This document shows positions 1 through 10,917 of a stretch of 64,000 bases of DNA, piece after piece. Position numbers and translations under genes: made by a program. The notes under the pieces are model-generated. The model was not told the DNA's origin and ran no database searches. It saw only the letters and a program-made list of their open reading frames with translations. Position 1 is the stretch's first letter, and each line of letters starts with the position of its first letter. Source of the DNA: an uncultured Lachnospiraceae bacterium (GTDB lineage Bacteria; Bacillota; Clostridia; Christensenellales; UBA1242); NCBI GenBank assembly GCA_964600435.1, contig CAZRJB010000002.1:36150-100149 (forward strand), read 5' to 3'.

Positions 1-1340
<1,340 letters not shown>

Positions 1341-1371
1341 ACAGAATATAATACCACAACATTAGCACACT

Positions 1372-1408
1372 GTCAAAAAGAAAATCATTAACACAAACCG
1401 TTAATGAT
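1372..1408 (-). terminator. intrinsic terminator downstream of tpiA
   Basis: 9-bp stem ATCATTAAC/GTTAATGAT (1384-1392 / 1400-1408) with a 7-nt loop, followed on the minus strand by a T-rich tract. Confidence 0.6.
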
Positions 1409-1433
1409 TTATTTTTTATAACAATTTATTTTG

Positions 1434-2177
1434 TTAAACATTGCAAATTTTAGCAAACTCGTCGGCATTAAGTGAAGCACCACCAACCAAAAGCCCATTA
1501 ACTCCAAAAATATTGGCAAACATTTTTGCATTTGAAGAATTAACACTTCCACCATACAAAACTTTTATGCTTTTTTCGGCAGAAGAAGAATATTCGTTTA
1601 ACAACTCAGCCCTTATTGTTTGAACCATTTCCTCTACCAATTTTGGTGTTGGAACATTACCTGTTCCAATTGCCCAAACTGGCTCATATGCAAATATAAT
1701 GTTTTTTAGTTCATTTTCGTATATTCCTTTTAATGCTTCTGATATTTGTTTTTGAATTATTAACTTGTGTTTATTGTTTGCTCTTTCGGTTTTTGTTTCA
1801 CCTACACATAAAACAACTTTTAAGCCACAGGAAAGTGCTTCTTTAATTTTTTTGTTTATGACATCGTTTTTTTCTTGAAAAAGCTTACGTCTTTCACTAT
1901 GCCCAACCAAAACAACATTCACACCAACACTTTTTAACATTTCACCAGAGATTTCACCAGTGAAAGCACCTTTGGGTTCAGCTGATATGTTTTGTGCACC
2001 CAACACAACCTTGCTTGATGTGAGTTTTTGTTTTGCAAACATCAAATTTGTGTATGGCGGAAAAATTCCAATTTCGTTTTTGCTTGTGCAAATTTTAGGC
2101 AAAAACTCCTCTGTGTATTTTTCTATTTCATGAATTGTTGTGTTCATTTTAAAATTGCCATAGATTATTTTTTTCAT
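1434..2177 (-). CDS. tpiA: triosephosphate isomerase
   Basis: 247 aa. NFKMN, VLVGHSERR and AYEPVWAIGTG motifs are typical of TIM. Lies directly downstream of pgk. Confidence 0.95.
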   Translation of the reverse strand: MKKIIYGNFKMNTTIHEIEKYTEEFLPKICTSKNEIGIFPPYTNLMFAKQKLTSSKVVLGAQNISAEPKGAFTGEISGEMLKSVGVNVVLVGHSERRKLFQEKNDVINKKIKEALSCGLKVVLCVGETKTERANNKHKLIIQKQISEALKGIYENELKNIIFAYEPVWAIGTGNVPTPKLVEEMVQTIRAELLNEYSSSAEKSIKVLYGGSVNSSNAKMFANIFGVNGLLVGGASLNADEFAKICNV

Positions 2178-2195
2178 AGAATTCCCTTTTACAAA

Positions 2196-3374
2196 TTAAA
2201 TATCTTCAATTACATCAACTCCGGGCAACTTTTCACCAGCCATAAGTTTTAAACTAGCCCCGCCACCAGAAGACACATGATATATTTTGTTTGTGTTTCC
2301 AACTTTTTTTATTGCGGAAACACTGTCTCCGCCACCAACAATTGCCTTGCCTTTAAATTTAAGAACTGTTTGTGCAATTTTTATTGTTCCCTTGCTGAAG
2401 TTTTTAAATTCAAAAACCCCCAAAGGTCCGTTCCAAACAAGAGAATTTGCTGTTTTAATTTCATTTTTAAACATTTTTATTGTTTTTGGACCAATATCCA
2501 ACCCTTGATAGCCATTTGGAATTTCTTCTTTAATTTTTTTTGCTTTTGCGTTTGGACTAAACTCGCTAGCACACATAAAATCTACAGGTAACACAATTTT
2601 TACATTGTTTTCTTTTGCTTTTTCTAAAATTTGTTTGGCATCTTCCAACCTTTCGGCATCAAAAAGAGAATCTCCAATTTTAAAACCTTTTGCCCTTAAA
2701 AAAGTATATGCCATTCCTCCACCAATTAAAATTGTGTTGCATTTTTCAACAAAATTGTTTAAAAGTGGAATTTTATCACTAACCTTTGCCCCACCTAAAA
2801 TTGCAACCAATGGACGTTCAGGTTTTTCAATAACAGATTTTATAGAACTAATTTCTTTGCCCATTAAAAAACCTACAGCATTTGGCAACAAACTTGCAAC
2901 ACCATAGTTTGAAGCATGTTTTCTATGTGCAGTTCCAAAAGCGTCATCAACAAATATGTCTGCCAAATTGGACAATTTTTTTGCAAAAACAGGGTCGTTG
3001 TTTTCTTCTTCTTTATAAAAGCGTACATTTTCTAACAGCAAAACTTCACCTGGCTTTAAAGAATTAACCTTTTTTTCAACCTCTTCGCCAATGCAATCTG
3101 AAACAAACAGAACCCTGCCCAAAAGTTCTTTCACTAAATATTTTGCAACTGGCAAAAGTGAATATTTTGTGTTTTTTTCTCCGTTTGGCCTGCCAAGGTG
3201 AGAACAAATGATGATTTTTGCATTATGTTGCAAAAGATATCTAATTGTAGGCAAAGCCACTCTAATTCTGGTGTCATCTGTTATTTCCCCTAATTCGTTT
3301 AAAGGAACATTAAAATCCACACGCAATAAAACTCTTTTGTTGGATACGTCAATATCTTTAATTGTTTTTTTCAT
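2196..3374 (-). CDS. pgk: phosphoglycerate kinase
   Basis: LLRVDFNVP, SHLGRP and GGGDS motifs. I chose the start at M11 of the track ORF (MKKTIKDIDV) because a GGGAGG SD sits just upstream. Confidence 0.95.
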   Translation of the reverse strand: MKKTIKDIDVSNKRVLLRVDFNVPLNELGEITDDTRIRVALPTIRYLLQHNAKIIICSHLGRPNGEKNTKYSLLPVAKYLVKELLGRVLFVSDCIGEEVEKKVNSLKPGEVLLLENVRFYKEEENNDPVFAKKLSNLADIFVDDAFGTAHRKHASNYGVASLLPNAVGFLMGKEISSIKSVIEKPERPLVAILGGAKVSDKIPLLNNFVEKCNTILIGGGMAYTFLRAKGFKIGDSLFDAERLEDAKQILEKAKENNVKIVLPVDFMCASEFSPNAKAKKIKEEIPNGYQGLDIGPKTIKMFKNEIKTANSLVWNGPLGVFEFKNFSKGTIKIAQTVLKFKGKAIVGGGDSVSAIKKVGNTNKIYHVSSGGGASLKLMAGEKLPGVDVIEDI

Positions 3375-3523
3375 AAAGCCTCCCATCTTTTGAAAATTGA
3401 ACAAAGCAAAAAAATAATTTCTTCTTGTTATGGTTATTTTATCACATTGTTATAAATATTCAAAACATTTTTAAAATAGTTAAAAAAAATGTATTTATGT
3501 TAAAGTTTTTTCATAAATTTATT

Positions 3524-4291
3524 ATGATGAAAACAAAAACAAATAAAAAACATATTTTAAGCAAAGTTTTTACGCTATCTTTTTGTGTTATTTCTGTTGC
3601 CATTATGCTAACAATGGCAGACCTTTTTTCGAGTTTGATAACCGTTGGAGGTTTTAGTTTTGTTAATGAAAATATATCTCTTAGCGAATATAACATGTAT
3701 GCAGTTTGCACATCTAGTTATCAAACAAAAGTTATGGCGTCAGAGTTTTCAGAAACAATTAAATCACAGGGTGGCGCAGGTTTTGTGTATATGAATAAAG
3801 ATTCATATTATATTGTAGCAAGCATGTATGAAAACGAGGCTGACGCTAAAAAAGTTCTTGAAAAAAACATCGAGTCAAAACCCGATGCTTCAATTTTAAA
3901 AATCAACATTCCGCCAATAAACATAAGCAGTAATTTGGAGTCGCAAGAAAAAGCAACTGTTAACTCTTGCCTGTCTATTTTTAAAAACTGCTATAAAAAA
4001 CTTTATGATATTTCTGTGAGCATTGACACTGCGGTTACAACCGAAGTGAGCGCAAGGCTGGATGTTAACCAATTGCTAAGCGAAGTTCAAACAAACTTGA
4101 ACAATTTTAACATTTTGTTTACAAACAATATAACTTCTGACCTTCTTTGCATAAAACTAGGTGTTGAAGATGTGGTTAAAATGTTAAAAACGCTTGTTGA
4201 GTCGGCATCAATTTACCCCTTTACTGCACTGGTTAAAGAAGCATATTGCAACATTATATACACCTATAAAAACATGTCAGAGAGAATGTAA
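3524..4291 (+). CDS. membrane-anchored hypothetical protein with a possible SPOR-like domain
   Basis: Basic N-terminus plus one TM helix (LSKVFTLSFCVISVAIMLTMA). The segment YAVCTSSYQTKVMASEFSETIKSQGGAGFVYMNKDSYYIVASMYENEADAKKVLE looks like a SPOR beta-alpha-beta fold. Start uncertain: the track ORF begins at a TTG at 3425. Confidence 0.45.
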   Translation: MMKTKTNKKHILSKVFTLSFCVISVAIMLTMADLFSSLITVGGFSFVNENISLSEYNMYAVCTSSYQTKVMASEFSETIKSQGGAGFVYMNKDSYYIVASMYENEADAKKVLEKNIESKPDASILKINIPPINISSNLESQEKATVNSCLSIFKNCYKKLYDISVSIDTAVTTEVSARLDVNQLLSEVQTNLNNFNILFTNNITSDLLCIKLGVEDVVKMLKTLVESASIYPFTALVKEAYCNIIYTYKNMSERM

Positions 4292-4292
4292 G

Positions 4293-5156
4293 TTAAATAA
4301 ACTTAAATTTTGGAATAAATTTTTGATTTGAACTTGTTAAATCTTGAACATAGCCGTCTAGTTCTAGTTCAATGTATTTATTTAAAACTTTTTCATATTC
4401 TCGCCTTGTTATTCTTCGGTTTATTTGTTTGTGATTTTCTAAATTTCCAAATGGAGTGTATTGTGCCAAAAGACTAACTTTTGTGCAAGGAAATTCTTTT
4501 TTTATTGTTTCTAAAACTTTAATGCTATCATCTGTGCAAAGCGGTAAAATCATGTGCCTTATTATAACCCCCTGCAAAATTTTGCCGTTACTAGAAAATA
4601 TGTCCGGTTTTAACTCACGCATAAGTTTTATTGAATCAAGCGCAACATTATAATAATTGTTTGCATTTGAAAAATTTAAAGCCAAGTTGTTGCTAAAATA
4701 TTTAAAGTCTGGCAAAAACACATCAACATATGGTGCAACAAACTTTATTGTTTCAAGATTTTCGTAAGCATTTGTGTTATAGATTACTGGAATTTGGGGC
4801 TTATACAACTTTAGTGCTTCTACAATTTGCAAAGCATAGTGAGTTGGACTAACCAAATTTATGTTTTCTGCCCCGTTTTGTTCTAATTCTTTAAATATTT
4901 CTGCGAGTTTTTGAACAGATATAAATTTACCTTTGTTATTGGTAGAAATTTCATAATTTTGACAGAACACACAATTTAGGTTGCAACCAGAAAAGAATAT
5001 TGCCCCACTCCCCTTGTTTAAACTTATGCATGGCTCTTCATAATTAAAAAGTTCATAATGTGCAATTTTAATTTTTAGGGGCATTTGACAATTTCCTTTT
5101 GCCATTTCTTGTGTTCTTTGTTTGTTACATTTTTTTGCACATAAATTACAAATCAT
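4293..5156 (-). CDS. radical SAM protein (PflX / pyruvate formate-lyase activase-like family)
   Basis: CNLNCVFCQN is a CxxxCxxC radical SAM cluster motif. Overall 287-aa layout resembles COG1313-type proteins. Confidence 0.7.
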   Translation of the reverse strand: MICNLCAKKCNKQRTQEMAKGNCQMPLKIKIAHYELFNYEEPCISLNKGSGAIFFSGCNLNCVFCQNYEISTNNKGKFISVQKLAEIFKELEQNGAENINLVSPTHYALQIVEALKLYKPQIPVIYNTNAYENLETIKFVAPYVDVFLPDFKYFSNNLALNFSNANNYYNVALDSIKLMRELKPDIFSSNGKILQGVIIRHMILPLCTDDSIKVLETIKKEFPCTKVSLLAQYTPFGNLENHKQINRRITRREYEKVLNKYIELELDGYVQDLTSSNQKFIPKFKFI

Positions 5157-5204
5157 AAATATCCTTATGATAATATTTTAATATGCAAATTTGAATATGT
5201 CAAA

Positions 5205-5960
5205 CTAAGATTTGTTTAAAATTTGAATTATTGTGCTTTTTAGTTTTTCATCTGGTTTTGTTAACAAAATTTTTATTGACGATTTTTTCTTTTGTTTTTT
5301 TATTAGCATTTTAGAAACACATGCAACTTCTTTTTCGCAATAAAAAAATTTAATATCGTTGTTAAAAATTTGATTTATGTTGTTTTCAATATATTTAAAA
5401 TGAGTGCATCCCAATGCTATATTTTTAACTTTTTTATAATATTTTTTAAGTTTTTTACTAAAAAACACATCATTTTTGATTATTTTTTGTAGTTTTTCAT
5501 AATTTTCGTTGGTTTTGTTAGATAAATAATTGTCAATGTGTTTTGGCAACTCTTTAATGTATAAAGTTTTTATATCTTTATAGTTAAACATATAAAATTT
5601 TACATAGTTAGAATTTTTTATTGTGCTTTTTGTGGCAAAAATTAACTTTTCGCCTTTTTGTTTTATAATGCTCTTAAAATCTGGCAGTGTTTTTAAAATT
5701 GGACACTTAATTTGCTCTAATTCCACATATCCAATTAAACTGCTAGCAGTGTTACAACCTAAAATAATAAAATCTATATCAAATTTTTTTAGCAAAATTT
5801 TTATGTTTTTTAAAACAATTTCTTTTACTAATTTTGCTGGTTTATCTCCATATGGGCAATTTTTGTTATCAACCAAATATACAAAATCATAGTTATAATG
5901 CTTCAAGCATTCCTTAATAACATTTGCTCCGCCGCTTCCACTATCTATCACCGCTATCAT
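5205..5960 (-). CDS. murI: glutamate racemase
   Basis: IAVIDSGSGG, CPYGDK, LGCNTAS and LGCTHF motifs. I preferred the ATG at M9 over the TTG at 5984, which overlaps the upstream terminator. Confidence 0.85.
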   Translation of the reverse strand: MIAVIDSGSGGANVIKECLKHYNYDFVYLVDNKNCPYGDKPAKLVKEIVLKNIKILLKKFDIDFIILGCNTASSLIGYVELEQIKCPILKTLPDFKSIIKQKGEKLIFATKSTIKNSNYVKFYMFNYKDIKTLYIKELPKHIDNYLSNKTNENYEKLQKIIKNDVFFSKKLKKYYKKVKNIALGCTHFKYIENNINQIFNNDIKFFYCEKEVACVSKMLIKKQKKKSSIKILLTKPDEKLKSTIIQILNKS

Positions 5961-5974
5961 AATATTCTTATATG

Positions 5975-6015
5975 AAAAAAACAACCAAGAGTTGAATGTA
6001 TTTTGATCTTGATTG
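5975..6015 (-). terminator. candidate intrinsic terminator after uvrB
   Basis: Minus strand CAATCAAGA-16 nt-TCTTGGTTG (9 bp, one G-U pair) followed by T7. It sits only about 15 nt upstream of the murI ATG, so it may be a partial terminator. Confidence 0.45.
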
Positions 6016-6026
6016 CTTTTTGAATT

Positions 6027-7991
6027 TTATTTTTTGCCTGATTTAAGTTCTTTTTTAAGCACTGTAATTCTATCTCTTAATTCAATTGCTGTTTCAAAAT
6101 CCAACTGTTTTGTAGCAATATTCATTAAGCCTTTCAGACGTTCAATTTCACTTTTTACATCATCCGATTTTCTGTTTGTTTCTTGTTTTTTTGCAAAATC
6201 TAGGGTGTTTTTTACTTCCTTTATGATTGTTTTTGGTGTTATGTTGTGTTCTTTGTTATATTTGTCTTGAATCTCTCTACGCCTTGAGGTTTCGTCAATT
6301 GCCCTTTTCATGCTTTTTGTTATAACATCTGCAAACATTATAACTCTGCCCTCGCTGTTTCGTGCCACACGACCAATTGTTTGAATTAACGACGTATCGC
6401 TCCTTAAAAAGCCTTCTTTATCTGCATCTAAAATGCAAACAAGTTCAACTTCTGGCAAATCCAAACCTTCTCTTAGCAAGTTTATTCCAACAATAACATC
6501 AAAATCACCAAGTCTTAAACCGTTGATTATTTCTATTCTTTCCATTGTGTCTATTTCGCTATGGAGATATTTTACTCTTATTTGACGTTCACTTAAAAAT
6601 GTTGTTAAGTTTTCTGCCATTTTTTTTGTTAAGGTTGTTATTAAAACCCTTCTATTCTTTTTTATTGTTTTGTTTATTTCATTAATTAAATATTCAATTT
6701 GTCCGTCTGTTTTTACAACTTCAACAACTGGATCTAAAAGTCCTGTTGGCCTTATTAACTGCTCAACAGTTTGACCACTTTTGTTTTTTTCGTAGTCTGA
6801 TGGTGTTGCCGAAACAAAAATTGTTTGGTTTAGTCTTTGTTCAAACTCTTCAAAATTTAGAGGTCTGTTGTCAAAAGCAGAAGGGAGTCTAAAACCGTAT
6901 TCAACCAAACTCTTTTTTCTTGCTCTATCTCCATTATACATTGCCCTTATTTGAGGAATTGTCATATGGCTTTCATCTATGATTGTTAAAAATCCTTTTG
7001 GAAAATAGTCCATAAGCGTAAAAGGTGGCTCGCCGACTTTTCTTCCATCAAAATATCTTGAATAGTTTTCAATTCCACTGCAGTAGCCTATTTCTCGCAT
7101 CATTTCAATATCGTAAGAAACGCGCTCTTTAAGTCTTTGTGCTTCAATAAGTTTGCCTTCTTTTTCAAACTGCTCAACATAAAAATCTCTATCTTGTTCG
7201 ATTTGTTTTAATGCGTTTACAAGTTTTTGACTGCCAACAGCATAATGAGTTGCAGGAAAAACAACAACTTGTTCTTTTGATGCAATTTTTTGTCCTGTTA
7301 ATGCTTCAAATTCAAAAATTGAATCTATTTCATCGCCAAAAAACTCAATTCTTACTGCAATTTCTGACTGGTTAGACGGAAAAATATCAAGCGTGTCGCC
7401 TTTTGATCGAAAAGTTGTTCTTTTAAAATCTAACTCATTTCTTGAATATTGCATTTCTATTAACCTAGAAATTACTTGTTCTCTTGAAACTTGCATGCCT
7501 TTTTCTAAAAGAAGTTGCAAATTGTAATATTCTTCAGGATTGCCTAAACCATATATGCAAGAAACTGATGCAACAACAATTGTGTCGGACCTTTCTAGCA
7601 AGCTTGTTGTTGCCGAAGACCTTAGTTTGTCAATTTCTTCGTTTATTGCCATATCTTTTTCAATGTATGTGTCTGAAGATACAATGTATGCTTCCGGTTG
7701 ATAGTAATCATAATAGGAAACAAAATATTCTACCCTGTTGTTTGGAAAAAACTCTCTAAGTTCGTTGCATAACTGTGCAGCAAGTGTTTTGTTGTGTGCT
7801 ATAACCAAGGTTGGTTTGTTAACCGAAGCAATTACGTTTGCCATTGTAAATGTTTTTCCGCTGCCTGTAACCCCCAATAAAACTTGAGAAGACAACCCAT
7901 CATTTAAACCTTCAACCAAGTTTTTTATTGCCTGTGGCTGGTCGCCCGATGGGCTATATTTTGATATTAATTCAAATTTCTTGTGTTCCAT
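6027..7991 (-). CDS. uvrB: excinuclease ABC subunit B
   Basis: 654 aa. GVTGSGKT Walker A, helicase motifs, and a C-terminal UVR domain ([11 protein letters not shown]). Confidence 0.97.
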   Translation of the reverse strand: MEHKKFELISKYSPSGDQPQAIKNLVEGLNDGLSSQVLLGVTGSGKTFTMANVIASVNKPTLVIAHNKTLAAQLCNELREFFPNNRVEYFVSYYDYYQPEAYIVSSDTYIEKDMAINEEIDKLRSSATTSLLERSDTIVVASVSCIYGLGNPEEYYNLQLLLEKGMQVSREQVISRLIEMQYSRNELDFKRTTFRSKGDTLDIFPSNQSEIAVRIEFFGDEIDSIFEFEALTGQKIASKEQVVVFPATHYAVGSQKLVNALKQIEQDRDFYVEQFEKEGKLIEAQRLKERVSYDIEMMREIGYCSGIENYSRYFDGRKVGEPPFTLMDYFPKGFLTIIDESHMTIPQIRAMYNGDRARKKSLVEYGFRLPSAFDNRPLNFEEFEQRLNQTIFVSATPSDYEKNKSGQTVEQLIRPTGLLDPVVEVVKTDGQIEYLINEINKTIKKNRRVLITTLTKKMAENLTTFLSERQIRVKYLHSEIDTMERIEIINGLRLGDFDVIVGINLLREGLDLPEVELVCILDADKEGFLRSDTSLIQTIGRVARNSEGRVIMFADVITKSMKRAIDETSRRREIQDKYNKEHNITPKTIIKEVKNTLDFAKKQETNRKSDDVKSEIERLKGLMNIATKQLDFETAIELRDRITVLKKELKSGKK

Positions 7992-8002
7992 TTTTCTCCT
8001 GT

Positions 8003-8365
8003 TTAACCATTAAAAATTGTTTTTAAAATTATACCAATAACAAAACTCAACACGGCAAAACCAAATGTTCTTAACAAAAGGAGCCAAAACTCCTGCTTTT
8101 GCTTTTTTAAATCTCTTTTTAAAGTTAATGCCTTGTTTTTTAGTGTTATACAATAATAATAACCATTTTTGCTGTCAGACACAACAAAATCGATGTAATT
8201 ATCTTTTGCAAGTGTAATCATAATGTCGTCCAGTTCGGTTGTGCTAATTAAATATTTTTTAGAAACAAATTCAGCAATTTGTTCCGCCAAAATAAGATAC
8301 GACCTTTTGTTCGGGCATATCTCTAACAAATATAACACAACAAACCTTTCTTTTTTATCTAACAT
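8003..8365 (-). CDS. small hypothetical protein: soluble N-domain plus C-terminal TM anchor (paralog 2)
   Basis: 120 aa. Starts MLDKKERF. C-terminal hydrophobic helix [14 protein letters not shown]. Same architecture as the gene immediately upstream. Confidence 0.6.
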   Translation of the reverse strand: MLDKKERFVVLYLLEICPNKRSYLILAEQIAEFVSKKYLISTTELDDIMITLAKDNYIDFVVSDSKNGYYYCITLKNKALTLKRDLKKQKQEFWLLLLRTFGFAVLSFVIGIILKTIFNG

Positions 8366-8376
8366 TTTTATTATGA

Positions 8377-8748
8377 TTAAAAAATTAATCCATATAAAAT
8401 TATTGCCAAGAAACTACCCAAAAATGCACATATAAACACCAAAAGATATAAAAATGAACCTAATTTATACATTTTTTTTGTTTTTTGCTGTTCGTTGCTT
8501 TCATTTTCTAAAATTTGTCGAGCAAACGGCAAAGGTGAAATGCAATATAGTTTTGAATCTTTATATTTTATTGAAATATAGTTACCTTTTTCTAGATAAT
8601 CCATGCATAAAGATATTGCAGAGTCGTCGGGTTTATATTTTTTTGGCAATGAATTAATTAGTTCTTTAACATCAAAAACCCTATAAGAACCTTCATTGCA
8701 CTCTTTAACTAAATAGTTAAGTAAGTTTTTACTTCTATCATCTAACAT
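8377..8748 (-). CDS. small hypothetical protein: soluble N-domain plus C-terminal TM anchor (paralog 1)
   Basis: I chose the start at M16 of the track ORF (MLDDRSKNLL), which parallels the MLDKKERF start of the downstream paralog. C-terminal TM FLYLLVFICAFLGSFLAIILYGL. Confidence 0.55.
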   Translation of the reverse strand: MLDDRSKNLLNYLVKECNEGSYRVFDVKELINSLPKKYKPDDSAISLCMDYLEKGNYISIKYKDSKLYCISPLPFARQILENESNEQQKTKKMYKLGSFLYLLVFICAFLGSFLAIILYGLIF

Positions 8749-8817
8749 GATTATATTATTTGTTTTTTTTTGAAAAATAATGCCAATATTCAAAATTTAA
8801 CAAAAAACTTTATGCCT

Positions 8818-8858
8818 AAAAAAAAAATAGGAAAAATTATTAAAAAACCAATTTTTCC
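8818..8858 (-). terminator. intrinsic terminator after the 188-aa gene
   Basis: Stem GGAAAAATT/AATTTTTCC (8830-8838 / 8850-8858), followed on the minus strand by TA plus T10. Confidence 0.7.
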
Positions 8859-8869
8859 ATATTTTTTAA

Positions 8870-9436
8870 TTAAATTAACTTTTTTAATTGTTGAATAACA
8901 ACATCTATTGCTCTTGTGATTGACCTATCAAATGTTCTAAGAACCACAGCGCTAAAAGGAAGAGACGTTGGTTTTGTTTGTGCCAACTTTAAAGCATCAA
9001 TTTTCATATCTTCAACAACTGCTTTGCAAAGCATTTCTCCTAAAAGATAATGATAGTTTGAAAGGTCCATATCACACTTGTCTGCTATTTCGCTAAACTC
9101 ATTAATATCCGCTATTGCATCAAAAGCAAATCCAAAATGAATTTTTAACCTATCCAAAGAAAATTTGTTTCCATTTGCACCAGCCAAAATAAGCCACTTC
9201 ATGCTAGTGTCGATGTTTTCTTCAACAACTTGATTGCCATTTCTGAACCATTCAGCCAAAACATCCATGGCTATAACATTGCCAATTGCAGCATCTTCAC
9301 ACAAACGTTGATATTCTTCTTCTAAAATTTCTTGCGCCTTGATTGAACCAACACGTGCTGTTTTTGCATATATGGATTCTTTTCTGATTGCACCTTGTTG
9401 TCTAAAATCTTTAGATGTCATTGTTTCATAATTCAT
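8870..9436 (-). CDS. hypothetical protein
   Basis: 188-aa ORF with no TM helix and no motif I recognise. A weak Sel1/TPR-like segment (AMDVLAEWFRNGNQVVEENIDTSMKWLILAGANGN) is not convincing. Confidence 0.5.
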   Translation of the reverse strand: MNYETMTSKDFRQQGAIRKESIYAKTARVGSIKAQEILEEEYQRLCEDAAIGNVIAMDVLAEWFRNGNQVVEENIDTSMKWLILAGANGNKFSLDRLKIHFGFAFDAIADINEFSEIADKCDMDLSNYHYLLGEMLCKAVVEDMKIDALKLAQTKPTSLPFSAVVLRTFDRSITRAIDVVIQQLKKLI

Positions 9437-9494
9437 TTTTTTACCCCTTTTTAAAGAGTATATATTTTTTTTAAAAACAAATCAAACAATTTTA

Positions 9495-10229
9495 TTAATT
9501 TAAAGATTTTATGTCTTTTACCGTATCTTTTTTTACATATTTTCTTTTTTGTGCAGGCTCAATTTTTTGGGATTCATTTTCTTTTTTCAACAAAACATAT
9601 ATATGTGCAAACATCAATTCATAATAAGGGACAACGAACACAAAAATTAAAAACAAAGCCAACAAACACATGCTAACAATTGGAATCCAATAGCTCATGT
9701 TAAAATATAATCTCATTGCACAACCAATGCCAGCACAAACACACATTATTGTTACCACAACAAACATATAAGACAAATATAAAACTAGAATTTCGCCCCT
9801 GTGACCATAAACCATTTTTTTGGATTTTGCCATACATGCAAGTGCATCTAAGTCTTCATCTGCCATAACAAAAGAAGCCATTGAATAGTTTAATGCAGTC
9901 ACAATTCCCGGAACAATTAACACAATTGTCCATAATAATGATATTAACATTGTTGCAATTTTTAAGCAAAATGCCTTTATACAGATTTTAAACTTAGAAA
10001 AAACTGTTTCAATTGGCAAAAATTCGTTGTTTGCAATTCCTAATAGAAACTTTTTTGTGCCTATGCATAAAAAGCCATAAGCAAATGCCATTAAAGCAAA
10101 ACCCGCAACAGGAAAAAACAACAACAGCATCAGTGCTCCAGCCGACAATAAAATTGCTAAAATTGCCTCGAATCCCCTATCTGAAAAAGATTTTGAAGAA
10201 TTGTTTAAATATATTGAATACTTATTCAT
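9495..10229 (-). CDS. DUF975-like multi-pass membrane protein
   Basis: LWTIVLIVPGIVTALNYSMASFVMADEDLDALACMAKSKKMVYGHRGEI matches the conserved core I remember for DUF975. Several TM helices. Confidence 0.6.
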   Translation of the reverse strand: MNKYSIYLNNSSKSFSDRGFEAILAILLSAGALMLLLFFPVAGFALMAFAYGFLCIGTKKFLLGIANNEFLPIETVFSKFKICIKAFCLKIATMLISLLWTIVLIVPGIVTALNYSMASFVMADEDLDALACMAKSKKMVYGHRGEILVLYLSYMFVVVTIMCVCAGIGCAMRLYFNMSYWIPIVSMCLLALFLIFVFVVPYYELMFAHIYVLLKKENESQKIEPAQKRKYVKKDTVKDIKSLN

Positions 10230-10312
10230 GTTATCACTCCAACTTTATTATTTCCAAAGTTTTGATATCAATTCATTTTTTTCTTTGTTTTTATTATTTT
10301 AATTTTAGTTAG

Positions 10313-10351
10313 CAAAAAAAAGACAAACTTTCATTGTTTTGAAAATTTGCC
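10313..10351 (-). terminator. intrinsic terminator after rplS
   Basis: Minus strand GGCAAATTTTC-loop-GAAAGTTTGTC (11 bp, two G-U pairs) followed by T8. Confidence 0.65.
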
Positions 10352-10375
10352 TTTATTTTTTTTAATTTACAAAAA

Positions 10376-10720
10376 TTAACCTTTTTTTGCTTTAATTTTT
10401 GCTGCTTTACCAGTTAATTCACGAACATAGTAAAGTTTTGCACGTCTTGGTTTACCTTCACGAGTTACTTCAACATGGTCAATAAGTGGAGAGTGAACAG
10501 GGAATGTTCTTTCAACACCAACACCGTTAGAAATTCTTCTAACTGTAAAAGTTTCACGAATGCTACCGTTTTTGCGAGAAATAACCACACCTTCGTATGC
10601 TTGAAGACGTGATTTGTCACCTTCTTTAATTTTAACAAACACTTTAACAGTGTCTCCAACGTTAAATGAAAGTGCATCTGCTCTCAAATTTTCTTTTTCA
10701 ATTTGATCTATAACGTTCAT
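10376..10720 (-). CDS. rplS: 50S ribosomal protein L19
   Basis: 114 aa. FNVGDTVKV...[10 protein letters not shown]...ETFTVRR...GVERTFP is typical of L19. AGGAGG SD upstream. Confidence 0.97.
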   Translation of the reverse strand: MNVIDQIEKENLRADALSFNVGDTVKVFVKIKEGDKSRLQAYEGVVISRKNGSIRETFTVRRISNGVGVERTFPVHSPLIDHVEVTREGKPRRAKLYYVRELTGKAAKIKAKKG

Positions 10721-10865
10721 CTTGACTTTCCTCCTAATAATAATTTTACCAAGTGTTCATACCCCAAGTTGATTGAGCAATTTCCCGTAAAAAGCAAGCC
10801 GTTCTCGTTTGCCATATATTGCGTTGCCCACAAAAAAGATAGCGGACCACCCGAAGTCTAAAATG
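10721..10865 (-). promoter_or_regulatory. about 145-nt 5' leader of rplS (possible L19 autoregulatory leader)
   Basis: Long untranslated gap between a strong promoter and the rplS SD. It contains GC-rich islands (GGGTGGTCCGC, GTGGGCAACGC, GGCTTGC) unusual for this AT-rich genome. Firmicutes are known to carry an L19 leader RNA upstream of rplS. I did not verify the structure. Confidence 0.3.
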
Positions 10866-10894
10866 ATTATAACACTAACAAATAAAAAACGCAA
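10866..10894 (-). promoter_or_regulatory. sigma-A type promoter for rplS
   Basis: Minus strand TTGCGT (10889-10894), 17-nt spacer, TATAAT (10866-10871), with TGT immediately upstream of the -10 (extended -10). Confidence 0.65.
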
Positions 10895-10917
10895 GTGTTA
10901 ATTTAATATTTTTTTAT

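Noticed and set aside
4289-4295. Convergent stop codons 1 nt apart (SPOR-like gene and radical SAM gene) as a regulatory antisense arrangement.
   Set aside because: This is common in compact genomes. There is no structure or conserved element to point to. I noted it only as evidence of gene density.
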